Source: Actinomycetota bacterium
GTDB lineage: Bacteria > Actinomycetota > Actinomycetes > Nanopelagicales > Nanopelagicaceae
Direction: 5' to 3'
Length of the DNA stretch: 33,379 bases
NCBI GenBank assembly: GCA_041178105.1
Contig: JBEGVX010000007.1
Span: 1 to 33,379 of the forward strand
Shown: positions 19,897-29,004 of the stretch, in pieces
Layout: each line of letters starts with the position of its first letter
Numbering within the stretch: position 1 is the stretch's first letter
The notes under the pieces: generated by a model
Told to the model about the DNA's origin: nothing
The model's input: the letters and a program-made list of their open reading frames with translations, nothing else
The model's database searches: none
Made by a program: the position numbers and the translations under genes

Positions 19897-21458
19897 TGCT
19901 CGCCATCACTAAATCCATCTCTTTAGTTGGACTTACAGGCCACCTCATTGATGTTGAAGCCGATATCGGTAATGGCGTGCCAGGCTTCACGCTCCTTGGT
20001 TTGCCTGATGCCGCGTTATCCGAAGCGCGAGATCGAGTCCGCTCGGCAATTATTAATTCGCAGGCGCAGTGGCCAAATAAGCGGATCACACTTGCCCTCT
20101 CACCAGCAGCGCTGCCTAAACGTGGATCCTCCTTCGACTGTGCCATCGCTCTCGCCTTGCTCGCCGCTGCGGAAGAGCTCTCTTTGGGTCGACTTGAAGG
20201 TGCAGTAGCGCTAGGAGAGTTGACTCTCGATGGTCGAATTAAATCTGTTCCTGGCATTCTTCCTGCCCTTCGCGCTGCTGCGCTTCATGGAATTGAACGC
20301 GCACTTATCCCCTCTGAAAACTATGAGGAGGGCTCACTTGTCCCTGGAATAGAGCTCATACATTTTGGCCACCTTCGAGAGTTAATTGCTTGGTTGCGCG
20401 GTAGTGAATATCTTCCTGGTGATCGCACTATTGCGCGCCCTTACTCCCAATCTCATTCTCAATCTCAATCCGGAGCGCGAACGGAAGAGCGCGAGAGCGA
20501 TGGCGCAGATTTTTCCGATATCGCCGGACAAGAGGCTGCGAAAGAAGCGCTCGAGATTGGAGCTGTTGGTGGCCACCATTTAGCGATGGTCGGACCGCCT
20601 GGAGTCGGTAAAAGTATGCTCGCTGCGCGAATACCTACCATCCTGCCATCTCTGAGTGAGCAGGACGCTTTAGATGTGACATCGCTCCATTCGATTGCCG
20701 GGAAAATATCCCCTGATAGTAATTCGCCATTAATCACTACTCCACCATTTATTGCCCCACATCACACAATCTCACGTGCGGGATTAATAGGGGGAGGTTC
20801 AGCAACAATCTCACCTGGAGCTTGTTCGTTGGCGCATCGAGGCATTCTCTTTCTCGATGAAGCGCCAGAAATTTCGCGCCAAGTAATTGAAGCGCTGCGC
20901 GAGCCGATGGAGCTAGGGGAGATCACGCTTACTCGCCTTGGGCGGAGCGCAACTTTTCCAGCGCATTTCACGCTCGTTCTTGCCTCTAATCCATGTCCGT
21001 GTGGTTGGGCGATTGGCAAAGCAAAGCGCTGCACATGCTCACCACTTGCTAGTCGTCGTTATCGTGAGAAATTATCTGGCCCTATTCTCGATCGAATCGA
21101 TCTTCGGATAGAACTCGAACCACTCTCTCAAGGAGATCTCATGCGCAAAGGTGAAAGTAGCGCCGATATAAAATCACGGGTAGATCAAGCGCGTGCGAGG
21201 TCAAGCCAAAGATTTCGCGCATATCCATGGTCGATGAATTCAGAGATTCCCGCAGCAGCGCTGCGCAGCGAATTCGCACCAGAGCCTCGCGCGCTCACTC
21301 TGCTCTATCGCGCATTAGATGGCGAAGAGATTACGGTTCGTGGGCTCCATCGGATCCAACGAGTGGCATGGAGTATTGCCGATCTAAAAGGTGAGCCTTC
21401 GCCAACGCGAGCATCAATTGAACGAGCGCTTGCGCTCCATTTGCGGGAGCGATTATGA
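19896..21458 (+). CDS. comM: ComM/YifB Mg-chelatase-like AAA+ ATPase (helicase)
   Basis: GLPDAALSEARDRVRSA, GPPGVGKSMLA, APHH, SLAHRGILFLDE, NPCPCG, SGPILDRID. Start is ATG 19896 (TAATG overlap). Confidence 0.94.
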   Translation: MLAITKSISLVGLTGHLIDVEADIGNGVPGFTLLGLPDAALSEARDRVRSAIINSQAQWPNKRITLALSPAALPKRGSSFDCAIALALLAAAEELSLGRLEGAVALGELTLDGRIKSVPGILPALRAAALHGIERALIPSENYEEGSLVPGIELIHFGHLRELIAWLRGSEYLPGDRTIARPYSQSHSQSQSGARTEERESDGADFSDIAGQEAAKEALEIGAVGGHHLAMVGPPGVGKSMLAARIPTILPSLSEQDALDVTSLHSIAGKISPDSNSPLITTPPFIAPHHTISRAGLIGGGSATISPGACSLAHRGILFLDEAPEISRQVIEALREPMELGEITLTRLGRSATFPAHFTLVLASNPCPCGWAIGKAKRCTCSPLASRRYREKLSGPILDRIDLRIELEPLSQGDLMRKGESSADIKSRVDQARARSSQRFRAYPWSMNSEIPAAALRSEFAPEPRALTLLYRALDGEEITVRGLHRIQRVAWSIADLKGEPSPTRASIERALALHLRERL

Positions 21459-22174
21459 GCGGAGAGATTCGGCGCATCACACCTTCGAGTTCGGAGTGGC
21501 CATCCCGATTAAATTCTCTCGAAAAACCTCCGCGCGAGTTATATGTCCGAGGGCGAGATCTCTCAGAAATTGCAGCGGAGCACCATCGGACACTGGCAAT
21601 TGTTGGCGCTCGGAATTCCACCTACTATGGCGAGAAAATTGCACGTGACTTCGCAACATATTTTGCTGCTCTCGATTGGTCGGTTGTTAGTGGCGGCGCA
21701 TTTGGAATCGATTACAACGCCCATCGAGGCGCCTTACTTGTCGATGGTGTGAGTATCGCAGTTCTTGCCGGCGGGCTCGATTACCCCTATCCACGAAGCC
21801 ATGACCAGATATTCTCCGAAATCACAGCTCGTGGGGCTCTCATCTCAGAACAGCCGCCGGGAGTGCGCGCTGCTAAGGGGCACTTCCTGGCACGGAATCG
21901 ATTGATTGCAGCGTTGAGCATTGGAACGATCGTTGTAGAAGCCGCATATAAAAGCGGCGCAATTAGAACGGCGCGCGATACCGCAGCTCTCTACCGACCG
22001 GTCATTGCGATTCCCGGTGCCATAACCTCACCACAAAGTTTTGGTGTACACGCGTTGATTCGCGATCGGATTGCGGAGTTAGTTACCTCCCCTGGCGAAG
22101 CGCTCGAAATCCTGATGCCACTAGATCAACACGAAGCGCCTGACAAGCTCACCAATCTCCATCGCGCAACGTGA
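21455..22174 (+). CDS. dprA: DNA-processing protein DprA (core Rossmann fold only)
   Basis: AIVGAR, VSGGAFGID, AHRGAL, FLARNRLIAAL, VVEAAYKSGA. Confidence 0.93.
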   Translation: MSGEIRRITPSSSEWPSRLNSLEKPPRELYVRGRDLSEIAAEHHRTLAIVGARNSTYYGEKIARDFATYFAALDWSVVSGGAFGIDYNAHRGALLVDGVSIAVLAGGLDYPYPRSHDQIFSEITARGALISEQPPGVRAAKGHFLARNRLIAALSIGTIVVEAAYKSGAIRTARDTAALYRPVIAIPGAITSPQSFGVHALIRDRIAELVTSPGEALEILMPLDQHEAPDKLTNLHRAT

Positions 22175-22208
22175 AATATTTGAAGAGCAAAGGTGAGAGA
22201 ATAGCGCT

Positions 22209-23093
22209 GTGAGCGAATTTCATTCTGGCTTTGTCGCCCTTGTCGGACGACCTAATACGGGTAAATCCACGCTCCTCAATGCATTGGTCGGAGAGAAAGT
22301 TGCCATTACCTCTAGTCGACCACAGACCACTCGACGTGCAATCCGTGGCATTGTTCATCGCCCAGAGGGGCAAGTAATTGTCGTTGACACTCCTGGACTT
22401 CATAAACCAAAGACTCTCCTTGGTCAACGCCTCAATGCTCTTGTAGCAGAAACTTTTGCAGATGTGGATGTGATCGTCTGCTGCCTGCCTGCCGATGAAG
22501 AGATTGGCCCAGGTGATAAAAGAATCATCAGCGAAATCTCTGGCTCCATCCCACTGATTGCTGTTGTTACAAAAACCGACCGAGTTGCCCCGCAAACTTT
22601 GCTGGAGAAGTTGGCCAGCGTTGGATCTTTGGCGCAATGGCGAGAAATTATTCCAGTATCAGCGAAGAAAAATTTTCAAGTTGATCGTTTGCTCTCGCTA
22701 CTCATCAAACATCTACCAGAAGGGCCGCCGCTATATCCTGAAGAGTATGTCAGCGAAGAGAGTGACGACGACATCTACAGTGAATTAATCCGAGAGGCAG
22801 CCCTAGAACTACTTGATGATGAGCTTCCGCATTCGCTTATGGTGACCATAGAAGAAGTTGGTGTTGGTGGCGACGGCAAGACGCCGATGATTTACGCGAA
22901 GATTTTCCTCGAGCGAGATAGTCAAAAGAGAATTATCTTGGGTAAATCAGGTGAACGAATTAAAGAGATCGGAACCAAAGCGCGAGCGGCTATTGAGAAG
23001 TATCGAGGGGAGAAGATATTTCTCACTCTTCATGTGGGCGTGGAATCCGAGTGGCAGGGAAACCCGCGCGCGCTTGAGAAATTTGGTTTTTAA
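22209..23093 (+). CDS. era: GTPase Era
   Basis: VGRPNTGKSTLLN, PQTTR, DTPG, ELPHS, KH region ERDSQKRIILGKSG. TGaGAGAAT lies 6 nt before the GTG start. Confidence 0.96.
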   Translation: MSEFHSGFVALVGRPNTGKSTLLNALVGEKVAITSSRPQTTRRAIRGIVHRPEGQVIVVDTPGLHKPKTLLGQRLNALVAETFADVDVIVCCLPADEEIGPGDKRIISEISGSIPLIAVVTKTDRVAPQTLLEKLASVGSLAQWREIIPVSAKKNFQVDRLLSLLIKHLPEGPPLYPEEYVSEESDDDIYSELIREAALELLDDELPHSLMVTIEEVGVGGDGKTPMIYAKIFLERDSQKRIILGKSGERIKEIGTKARAAIEKYRGEKIFLTLHVGVESEWQGNPRALEKFGF

Positions 23094-23239
23094 CGCTGGC
23101 TAGAGTGTGCGAGCGCCATGGCTGCGATTGCTGGGTGCGCTGGTCTTTGACACTTTTGGCAGCTCACCATTCCATTGTCGTCAATGGACCAGGGGGTTCC
23201 ACAGCCACATTGGAGAAGTGGCGGGTAACTCTTGGACAT
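23090..23239 (-). CDS. Unannotated 49-aa putative zinc-ribbon microprotein
   Basis: Translated by hand: MSKSYPPLLQCGCGTPWSIDDNGMVSCQKCQRPAHPAIAAMALAHSSQR*. It has CxC-x13-CxxC, fills the era-EamA gap, has a TACCCT -10 element 7 nt before its ATG, and its stop interlocks with the era stop (TTAA). Confidence 0.7.
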   Translation of the reverse strand: MSKSYPPLLQCGCGTPWSIDDNGMVSCQKCQRPAHPAIAAMALAHSSQR

Positions 23240-23262
23240 GATGGCAAGGGTAAATCTGCGAG

Positions 23263-24201
23263 CTACTTTTCGCCCGTTGAAATCTCTCTTCCATTGCTTC
23301 GCGAAGTTGCCAGGTATGAGCCCACCAGAACCATTGGGAAGCCCAGCGCCATCCCCACGGTAATGGGCTCATTGAGCAAGAGGACGCCCAGGGCGATGGC
23401 TATCGCGGTATTGGGGTAAGTAACTGTCGAGGCTTTAGGTGGTCCAATCATTCGTAATAGTGTGAAGAAGAGATAAAAGGCGAGCGCTGTGCAGAGCAGC
23501 CCCAAAGCAAGAAGAGCAAGGAGCGCTTGATATGAGGGCATCGAAGTTGGCGCGGTTTGCACCGCCGGGATAAAAAAGACAACTGCGGTGAGCGCCATCG
23601 CCCAGCCATTGACGCTCACTCCTGCAACGCCGTTGAGGTGGCGAGCAGCCATAAAGGTGGCAAAGGCATATGAGAAAGCGCTGAAAAGTATTTTGAGCAT
23701 GGCCAATAGGTCGTGGCTCTCCATTAAAGAGTCGATACCCACCAGTGCGAGAACCCCAATGAAGCCAATGACAATTCCAAAAGCCTGTCGAGGATGGCGA
23801 ACTGAACGATCTCCAGCAAGAGCTGCCAGAAGATTTGCCCAGATGGGAACTGTTGCGATCAATAGACCTGCTAGTCCGGAACTCACTGAACGTTGTCCAT
23901 CAGAGATTAAAGTCCACGGAATAAACATTTCGAAGATCGCATATAAAACTATGTACTTAATACTTGAACGCGGCACTCTTAGCGAACCAGATCGGAGCGC
24001 CAAAGGAATTAAAATTAGCGCCCCGATAAAGACTCGCGTAAAGACGATGACTGGGACAGATAGTTCTTTGACGGCAACGCTTACAAAAAGATAGGGGACT
24101 CCCCAAAGCGCGCTCACTGCGAGGTAGTAGCCAATGTAACGGGAATCTGGCTGCGGATTTGCTCCGTTACTTGGTCGCGAAGGGCTCACCATGCTGAGCA
24201 T
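23263..24201 (-). CDS. EamA/DMT family transporter
   Basis: About 10 hydrophobic segments; LWG, SSGLAGLL and LGVLLLNEPIT repeats. The start may instead be 24192 or 24189, downstream of TATGCT. Confidence 0.88.
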   Translation of the reverse strand: MLSMVSPSRPSNGANPQPDSRYIGYYLAVSALWGVPYLFVSVAVKELSVPVIVFTRVFIGALILIPLALRSGSLRVPRSSIKYIVLYAIFEMFIPWTLISDGQRSVSSGLAGLLIATVPIWANLLAALAGDRSVRHPRQAFGIVIGFIGVLALVGIDSLMESHDLLAMLKILFSAFSYAFATFMAARHLNGVAGVSVNGWAMALTAVVFFIPAVQTAPTSMPSYQALLALLALGLLCTALAFYLFFTLLRMIGPPKASTVTYPNTAIAIALGVLLLNEPITVGMALGFPMVLVGSYLATSRSNGREISTGEK

Positions 24202-24347
24202 AACTGAGCAGACGCGAGCGTATCTGTGGCCTTTTCTCCATCAAATAGGTCAGAGCGCGAGCCAGCGCCACCCCGGTACCATTACCTCCTAGAGAAAATC
24301 GCAGTACTCATAGGTCTATCAGGACTCAAAGGGCGAAGGGGCAAGTT

Positions 24348-25373
24348 ATGCGCGTTGGCGTGCTGACTGGTGGCGGAGACTGCCCAGGCCTCAATGCGGT
24401 CATTCGTGCAATCGTCCGTAAAGGCGTAAAAGAATATGGGTACGAATTCGTTGGTTTTCGCGATGGGTGGAAGGGCCCACTCGAAGGGTTGAGTATCCCG
24501 CTTAATATCGAGCGGACTCGAGGGCTGCTTCCTCGCGGTGGAACCATTCTTGGCTCTTCACGGACCAACCCATTTGCCATCGAAGGTGGCGTAGAGAAAA
24601 TAAAGCAGAATTTGCAAGAGCAAGGAGTTGATGCGCTCATTGCAATTGGCGGCGAAGATACCCTTGGCGTCGCGACAAAGCTCCACGCACTTGGAGTAAA
24701 AGTGATTGGCGTTCCTAAGACGATTGATAATGATTTAAATGCTACGGACTACACATTTGGATTTGATACTGCAGTGAACATTGCAGTCGAGGCGATTGAT
24801 CGCTTGCACACCACGGCTGAATCTCATCATCGCACTTTGATTGTTGAGGTAATGGGGCGTCATGCAGGGTGGATTGCGCTTCACTCTGGATTAGCTGGTG
24901 GCGCATCGTGCATTTTGATTCCGGAAGTTCCATTTTCCATCGAGAAGGTCTGTGAATATGTAGAGTCGCGCTATACCTATAACTACGCGCCAATCATCGT
25001 GGTTGCAGAAGGCGCACTTCCGGAAGCAGGAAGCGCCATCACAAAAGATAATTCCTTAGATGCATTTGGACATGTGAAACTCTCCGGAATTGGTGAGTGG
25101 CTTGCCAATGAGATTGAGCGACGTACCGGCAAAGAGGCTCGGGTCTCGGTCCTTGGACATATCCAACGCGGCGGAACCCCCACCGCATTTGATCGCGTTC
25201 TAGCGACGAGGTTTGGCCTGCACGCCATAACAGCAGTTCACGACGGCGATTGGGGCAAGATGGTGGCGCTCCAGTCAACAAATATCGTGCGCGTGCCCTT
25301 ATCGAGCGCAACGGAGAAGCTCAAGTTGGTCGACCCAGCTCTTTACGCTGAATCAGAAGTATTTTTCGGATAA
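24348..25373 (+). CDS. pfkA: 6-phosphofructokinase, group III (probably PPi-dependent)
   Basis: LTGGGDCPGLN, GGTILGSSR, GGEDT, PKTIDND, EVMGRHAG, LGHIQRGG. Confidence 0.93.
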   Translation: MRVGVLTGGGDCPGLNAVIRAIVRKGVKEYGYEFVGFRDGWKGPLEGLSIPLNIERTRGLLPRGGTILGSSRTNPFAIEGGVEKIKQNLQEQGVDALIAIGGEDTLGVATKLHALGVKVIGVPKTIDNDLNATDYTFGFDTAVNIAVEAIDRLHTTAESHHRTLIVEVMGRHAGWIALHSGLAGGASCILIPEVPFSIEKVCEYVESRYTYNYAPIIVVAEGALPEAGSAITKDNSLDAFGHVKLSGIGEWLANEIERRTGKEARVSVLGHIQRGGTPTAFDRVLATRFGLHAITAVHDGDWGKMVALQSTNIVRVPLSSATEKLKLVDPALYAESEVFFG

Positions 25374-25406
25374 CTCCAGGACAACAGGAAAAGGACGAGA
25401 CTGACT

Positions 25407-26744
25407 ATGACAACTTCATTGGAGAACCTCTTCGATTCCTCGCTGGTTGCTGCACAACAACCACATTGGCCTGATCCTGCCGCACTCACAAAGGCTGTTG
25501 CAGAACTACGAACCTTCCCGCCCCTAGTGTTTGCAGGTGAGTGTGATGAATTAAAAAAGCGAATCGCACAAGCAGCTCGTGGCGAGGCATTCTGGTTACA
25601 AGGTGGCGATTGCGCAGAGACTTTTACTGGAGCTACAGCAGATTCCATTCGAAACCGTATCAAAACAATTTTGCAGATGGCTGCAGTACTTCAATACGGC
25701 GCAAGTTTGCCCGTTATTAAGGTTGGCAGAATGGCTGGGCAATTTGCTAAACCGCGCAGTAAAGATACAGAGACTCGAGATGGCATCACACTTCCTGCCT
25801 ATCGAGGAGATGCGGTGAATGATCTTGCTTTTGATGAAATATCGCGCACCCCAGATCCACAACGATTGGTAAAGGTCTATCACACATCAGCAATGACGCT
25901 AAATCTCGTCCGCGCTTTCACTCAAGGAGGATTCGCAGATTTGCGAAGAGTTCACGAGTGGAATAAAGGCTTCATCCGAGATGCGGCCTTCGGGGAACGT
26001 TATGAACAAATGGCAAACGAAATTGGACGAGCATTGGCATTTATGAAATCTGCTGGAATTGATGCCGATCAATTTCGCGCCGTCGATTTATTCTCCAGTC
26101 ATGAGGCGCTCATACTTGAGTATGAAAAGGCGCTCACTCGAATCGATTCGCGAACTGGAGAGCCCTACGATGTCTCCGCACATTTTGTTTGGATTGGTGA
26201 GCGCACTCGTCAGATTGACGGTGCTCATGTGGACTTCTGCGCCAAAATACGTAATCCAATTGGTATCAAAGTAGGCCCTAAGGCAACGGTGGAGGAGATC
26301 ACTGCCCTTATCAATAAGCTCGATCCAAATCGCGAGCCCGGCCGAATCACACTTATCACGCGGATGGGTGCCGGAGTAATTCGCCAGGCGCTGCCAGCGC
26401 TCGTCGAGGGAGTTCGAAACTCTGGCGCGCAGGTGCTCTGGGTTTGCGATCCGATGCACGGAAATACTTATGAGGCGCCGAGCGGATATAAGACTCGAAA
26501 ATTTGATGATGTGATGGATGAAGTACGTGGTTTCTTTGAAGTGCATAAGAAACTAGGCACGCACCCTGGCGGAGTACATATTGAATTGACAGGTGATGAT
26601 GTCACTGAATGCGTAGGCGGTGGCACCGAGATTTCTCACGAAGATTTATCTTCACGCTACGAAAGTGCGTGCGATCCACGTTTGAATCACACGCAGTCGC
26701 TCGAACTAGCCTTTCTCGTTGCTGAAATGCTTCAGGCTAGATAA
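25407..26744 (+). CDS. aroH: Class II DAHP synthase
   Basis: QQPHWP, LQGGDCAE, GRMAGQFAKPRS, WIGERTRQ, CDPMHGNT, CDPRLN. Confidence 0.96.
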   Translation: MTTSLENLFDSSLVAAQQPHWPDPAALTKAVAELRTFPPLVFAGECDELKKRIAQAARGEAFWLQGGDCAETFTGATADSIRNRIKTILQMAAVLQYGASLPVIKVGRMAGQFAKPRSKDTETRDGITLPAYRGDAVNDLAFDEISRTPDPQRLVKVYHTSAMTLNLVRAFTQGGFADLRRVHEWNKGFIRDAAFGERYEQMANEIGRALAFMKSAGIDADQFRAVDLFSSHEALILEYEKALTRIDSRTGEPYDVSAHFVWIGERTRQIDGAHVDFCAKIRNPIGIKVGPKATVEEITALINKLDPNREPGRITLITRMGAGVIRQALPALVEGVRNSGAQVLWVCDPMHGNTYEAPSGYKTRKFDDVMDEVRGFFEVHKKLGTHPGGVHIELTGDDVTECVGGGTEISHEDLSSRYESACDPRLNHTQSLELAFLVAEMLQAR

Positions 26745-26755
26745 TCTCAACTCTT

Positions 26756-27256
26756 GTGCAACCGCTTTATCAAGTGAGCTCGGCTACCCCGCTGGGAAAC
26801 TTACGCGTCATAGCAGATGGGAAAACTTTAGTTGCGGCCGGCTTTACCAATTTTGCAGCGCTTCGAGCCAAGCTCTCACTCGAAGATCGCAGTCGAAAGT
26901 TGGTTTCAACTAAAGATTCCTTGTGGATTAACGATGTAATCGCCGATTACTTTGATGGTGATATCAGCGCATTTGATGGGTTACTTGTGAGGCAACCCGG
27001 GAGTAATTTCAGTCAGAACGCCTGGCGGGCGATGCGCAAGATTCCTGGAGGGAAAGTAATCTCTTATGCAACGCTTGCCAAGAAGGCTGGCTCAGCTGAA
27101 GCTGTGCGAGCGGCCGGAACAGCATGTGGCCGAAACGCGATTGCACCTTTTATTCCATGTCACCGGATAATTCGTAGCGATGGAGCCATTGGTAATTATG
27201 GCTACGGTTCATCGAAGAAGTTATGGCTACTTCGCCATGAGAAAGCTATTGATTAA
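26756..27256 (+). CDS. ogt: Methylated-DNA--protein-cysteine methyltransferase
   Basis: TPLG, IPGGKVISY, RAAGTACGRN, active-site IPCHRII, KLWLLRHE. Confidence 0.93.
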   Translation: MQPLYQVSSATPLGNLRVIADGKTLVAAGFTNFAALRAKLSLEDRSRKLVSTKDSLWINDVIADYFDGDISAFDGLLVRQPGSNFSQNAWRAMRKIPGGKVISYATLAKKAGSAEAVRAAGTACGRNAIAPFIPCHRIIRSDGAIGNYGYGSSKKLWLLRHEKAID

Positions 27257-28127
27257 TCTGGGTTGGTTCTTTTGGGTTCTGTCGCACTTGCATTAGTAGC
27301 ATCGCTGCGAAAATTAGCGCACCGCCTAAGGTAGCTTTTATCGTTAATGACTCTTGCCCGGCAAGAACTGCAAATAGCGCAGCAAAGACAACTTCTAGAG
27401 TAAGTACTACAGCAACGACAGTTGCATCCATCTTCGATTGCGACCAAGTCTGAACTAAGAATGCGACCGATGTAGCGAGAATTGCGGTGAATATGGTCGC
27501 TTTCCACTCTTGATCAGTGTTGGGAAGTTCATATCCATCATCGACCACTGCAAGAATGGAGGTGAGGATGGCGATTGTTCCCAGTTGGACGATTGTTAAT
27601 GGATATGTTGCAAACTTCTCAGACCATTTACCAAGTCCGAGGATATGGAAGGCAAAAAATAGCGCGCTAAGTAGTACAGAAAGCTCACCCATACCAATGG
27701 AAAATCCCTTGAAAGAGAGGAGGGCAAGGCCAACCGTGGCCATCCCAACGCCTATCCACTCATTTTTCGTTACATGAGATTTCAGAAAGAGCGCACCGAG
27801 TATCGGCGTGAATACTACGTATAAGCCAGTGATGAATCCGGTTGTAGCGGCCGTTGTTAAATGTAATCCAATAGTTTGAAACAGGTAGCCCGAGCCCAAG
27901 AAGAAACCAAGCAAGAATCCTTTTCGGAGCATCTCGGGGGATATCTGAGCGAGCGCTTTTGGGTTGATGAGAATGAGAACCAACGTAGCAATGATGAATC
28001 GGGTTGCAAGAAAGTCGTCCACGCTCTGTCCCTTGAGCGCGTCTTTCATGAGAACAAATGAGGCACCCCAGATTGCAGCGACAGAAGTGAGCGCAATGAG
28101 CGCAAAAATCTCTACTCTTCTAGTCAT
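27246..28127 (-). CDS. EamA/DMT family transporter
   Basis: IWGASFVLMK, FQTIGL, GFITGLYVVFTP, LEVVFAALF; hydrophobic throughout. Confidence 0.9.
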   Translation of the reverse strand: MTRRVEIFALIALTSVAAIWGASFVLMKDALKGQSVDDFLATRFIIATLVLILINPKALAQISPEMLRKGFLLGFFLGSGYLFQTIGLHLTTAATTGFITGLYVVFTPILGALFLKSHVTKNEWIGVGMATVGLALLSFKGFSIGMGELSVLLSALFFAFHILGLGKWSEKFATYPLTIVQLGTIAILTSILAVVDDGYELPNTDQEWKATIFTAILATSVAFLVQTWSQSKMDATVVAVVLTLEVVFAALFAVLAGQESLTIKATLGGALIFAAMLLMQVRQNPKEPTQINQ

Positions 28128-28132
28128 CGAAC

Positions 28133-28993
28133 TTACCCGCGAAGTTTCTTAAGAATTTTTACCTCGCGACCATGTTCGGGCTCTTCACCAGGGGTTTCCA
28201 GGATAAAAGGAACCCCTGCCATCGCAGGGTGCTCCATCAACATTTGAAAGGGCTTCTGGCCAATGTGGCCCTCGCCTATGGATTGATGGCGATCTTTTAG
28301 CGCACCACAAATATCCATTGAATCATTGGCATGGACTAACTTGACCCGCTCTTGTGGAACATTTGCAAGTAGTCCGGCGAGCATCTGGTCGATCCCCGAC
28401 TTATTTGTGATGTCATGGCCCGCAGCGAAAACATGACAGGTATCAATACATATTCCGACCTTTGGATGAAATTCGAGCGCTTCGAAATATTTAACAAGCT
28501 CTTCTAGTCTTTTGACGAGTGATTGACCTTGGCCGGCCGTTGGTTCAAGGAGCAAAAAAGGATCGTCATCTGAGAGTTTTTCAAGAATTGGCATCATGCC
28601 CTCATGAATTTGTTTCCATGCCTGGTCGACAAACTCCTCTTTAACCGCTGAGCCTGTGTGGATTACTGCGCCCAACGCGCCTAGCTCACGACTTCTGCGG
28701 AGCGAATACTCGGTTGAAGCGAGCGAGTTCTCGTATGTTCCCTGGGTTGGGGAGCCGAGATTGATAAGAAAAGGAGCATGTACGTAGGTGGTCACATCAA
28801 GAGATTGAGAGCTCTCACGGAATTCAGCATCTGCTTGCGGATTGGCATCGGGCATCGCCCAACCACGAGGATTTGATGCAAAAATTTGGATTGCCTCTGC
28901 CTCGATTGCTTTCGCATAACCTAAAGCACGCTTCACCAATCCGCCGGAGGTTGGAACGTGAGCGCCAATTCGATTTTTCACATTTGTGACCAT
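28133..28993 (-). CDS. nfo: Endonuclease IV (AP endonuclease 2 family)
   Basis: IGAH, QIF..NPRGW, VHAPFLINLGS, HTGS, LLEPTAGQG, CIDTCH, HANDS, DRH..IGEG, ILETP. Confidence 0.93.
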   Translation of the reverse strand: MVTNVKNRIGAHVPTSGGLVKRALGYAKAIEAEAIQIFASNPRGWAMPDANPQADAEFRESSQSLDVTTYVHAPFLINLGSPTQGTYENSLASTEYSLRRSRELGALGAVIHTGSAVKEEFVDQAWKQIHEGMMPILEKLSDDDPFLLLEPTAGQGQSLVKRLEELVKYFEALEFHPKVGICIDTCHVFAAGHDITNKSGIDQMLAGLLANVPQERVKLVHANDSMDICGALKDRHQSIGEGHIGQKPFQMLMEHPAMAGVPFILETPGEEPEHGREVKILKKLRG

Positions 28994-29004
28994 ATGGTGA
29001 AAGG

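Noticed and set aside
20445-20470. Imperfect 6-bp repeat encoding SQSHSQSQS in comM
   Set aside because: In-frame low-complexity linker between domains; it cannot cause phase variation.
23171-23188. Hairpin TCCATTG-TCGT-CAATGGA as an era terminator
   Set aside because: The 7-bp stem is AT-rich, has no U-tract, and lies inside the small ORF; the support is insufficient.
23105-23419. 104-aa plus-strand ORF after era
   Set aside because: It overlaps the EamA 3' end and has no motif. The minus-strand 49-aa Cys-motif ORF explains the gap better.
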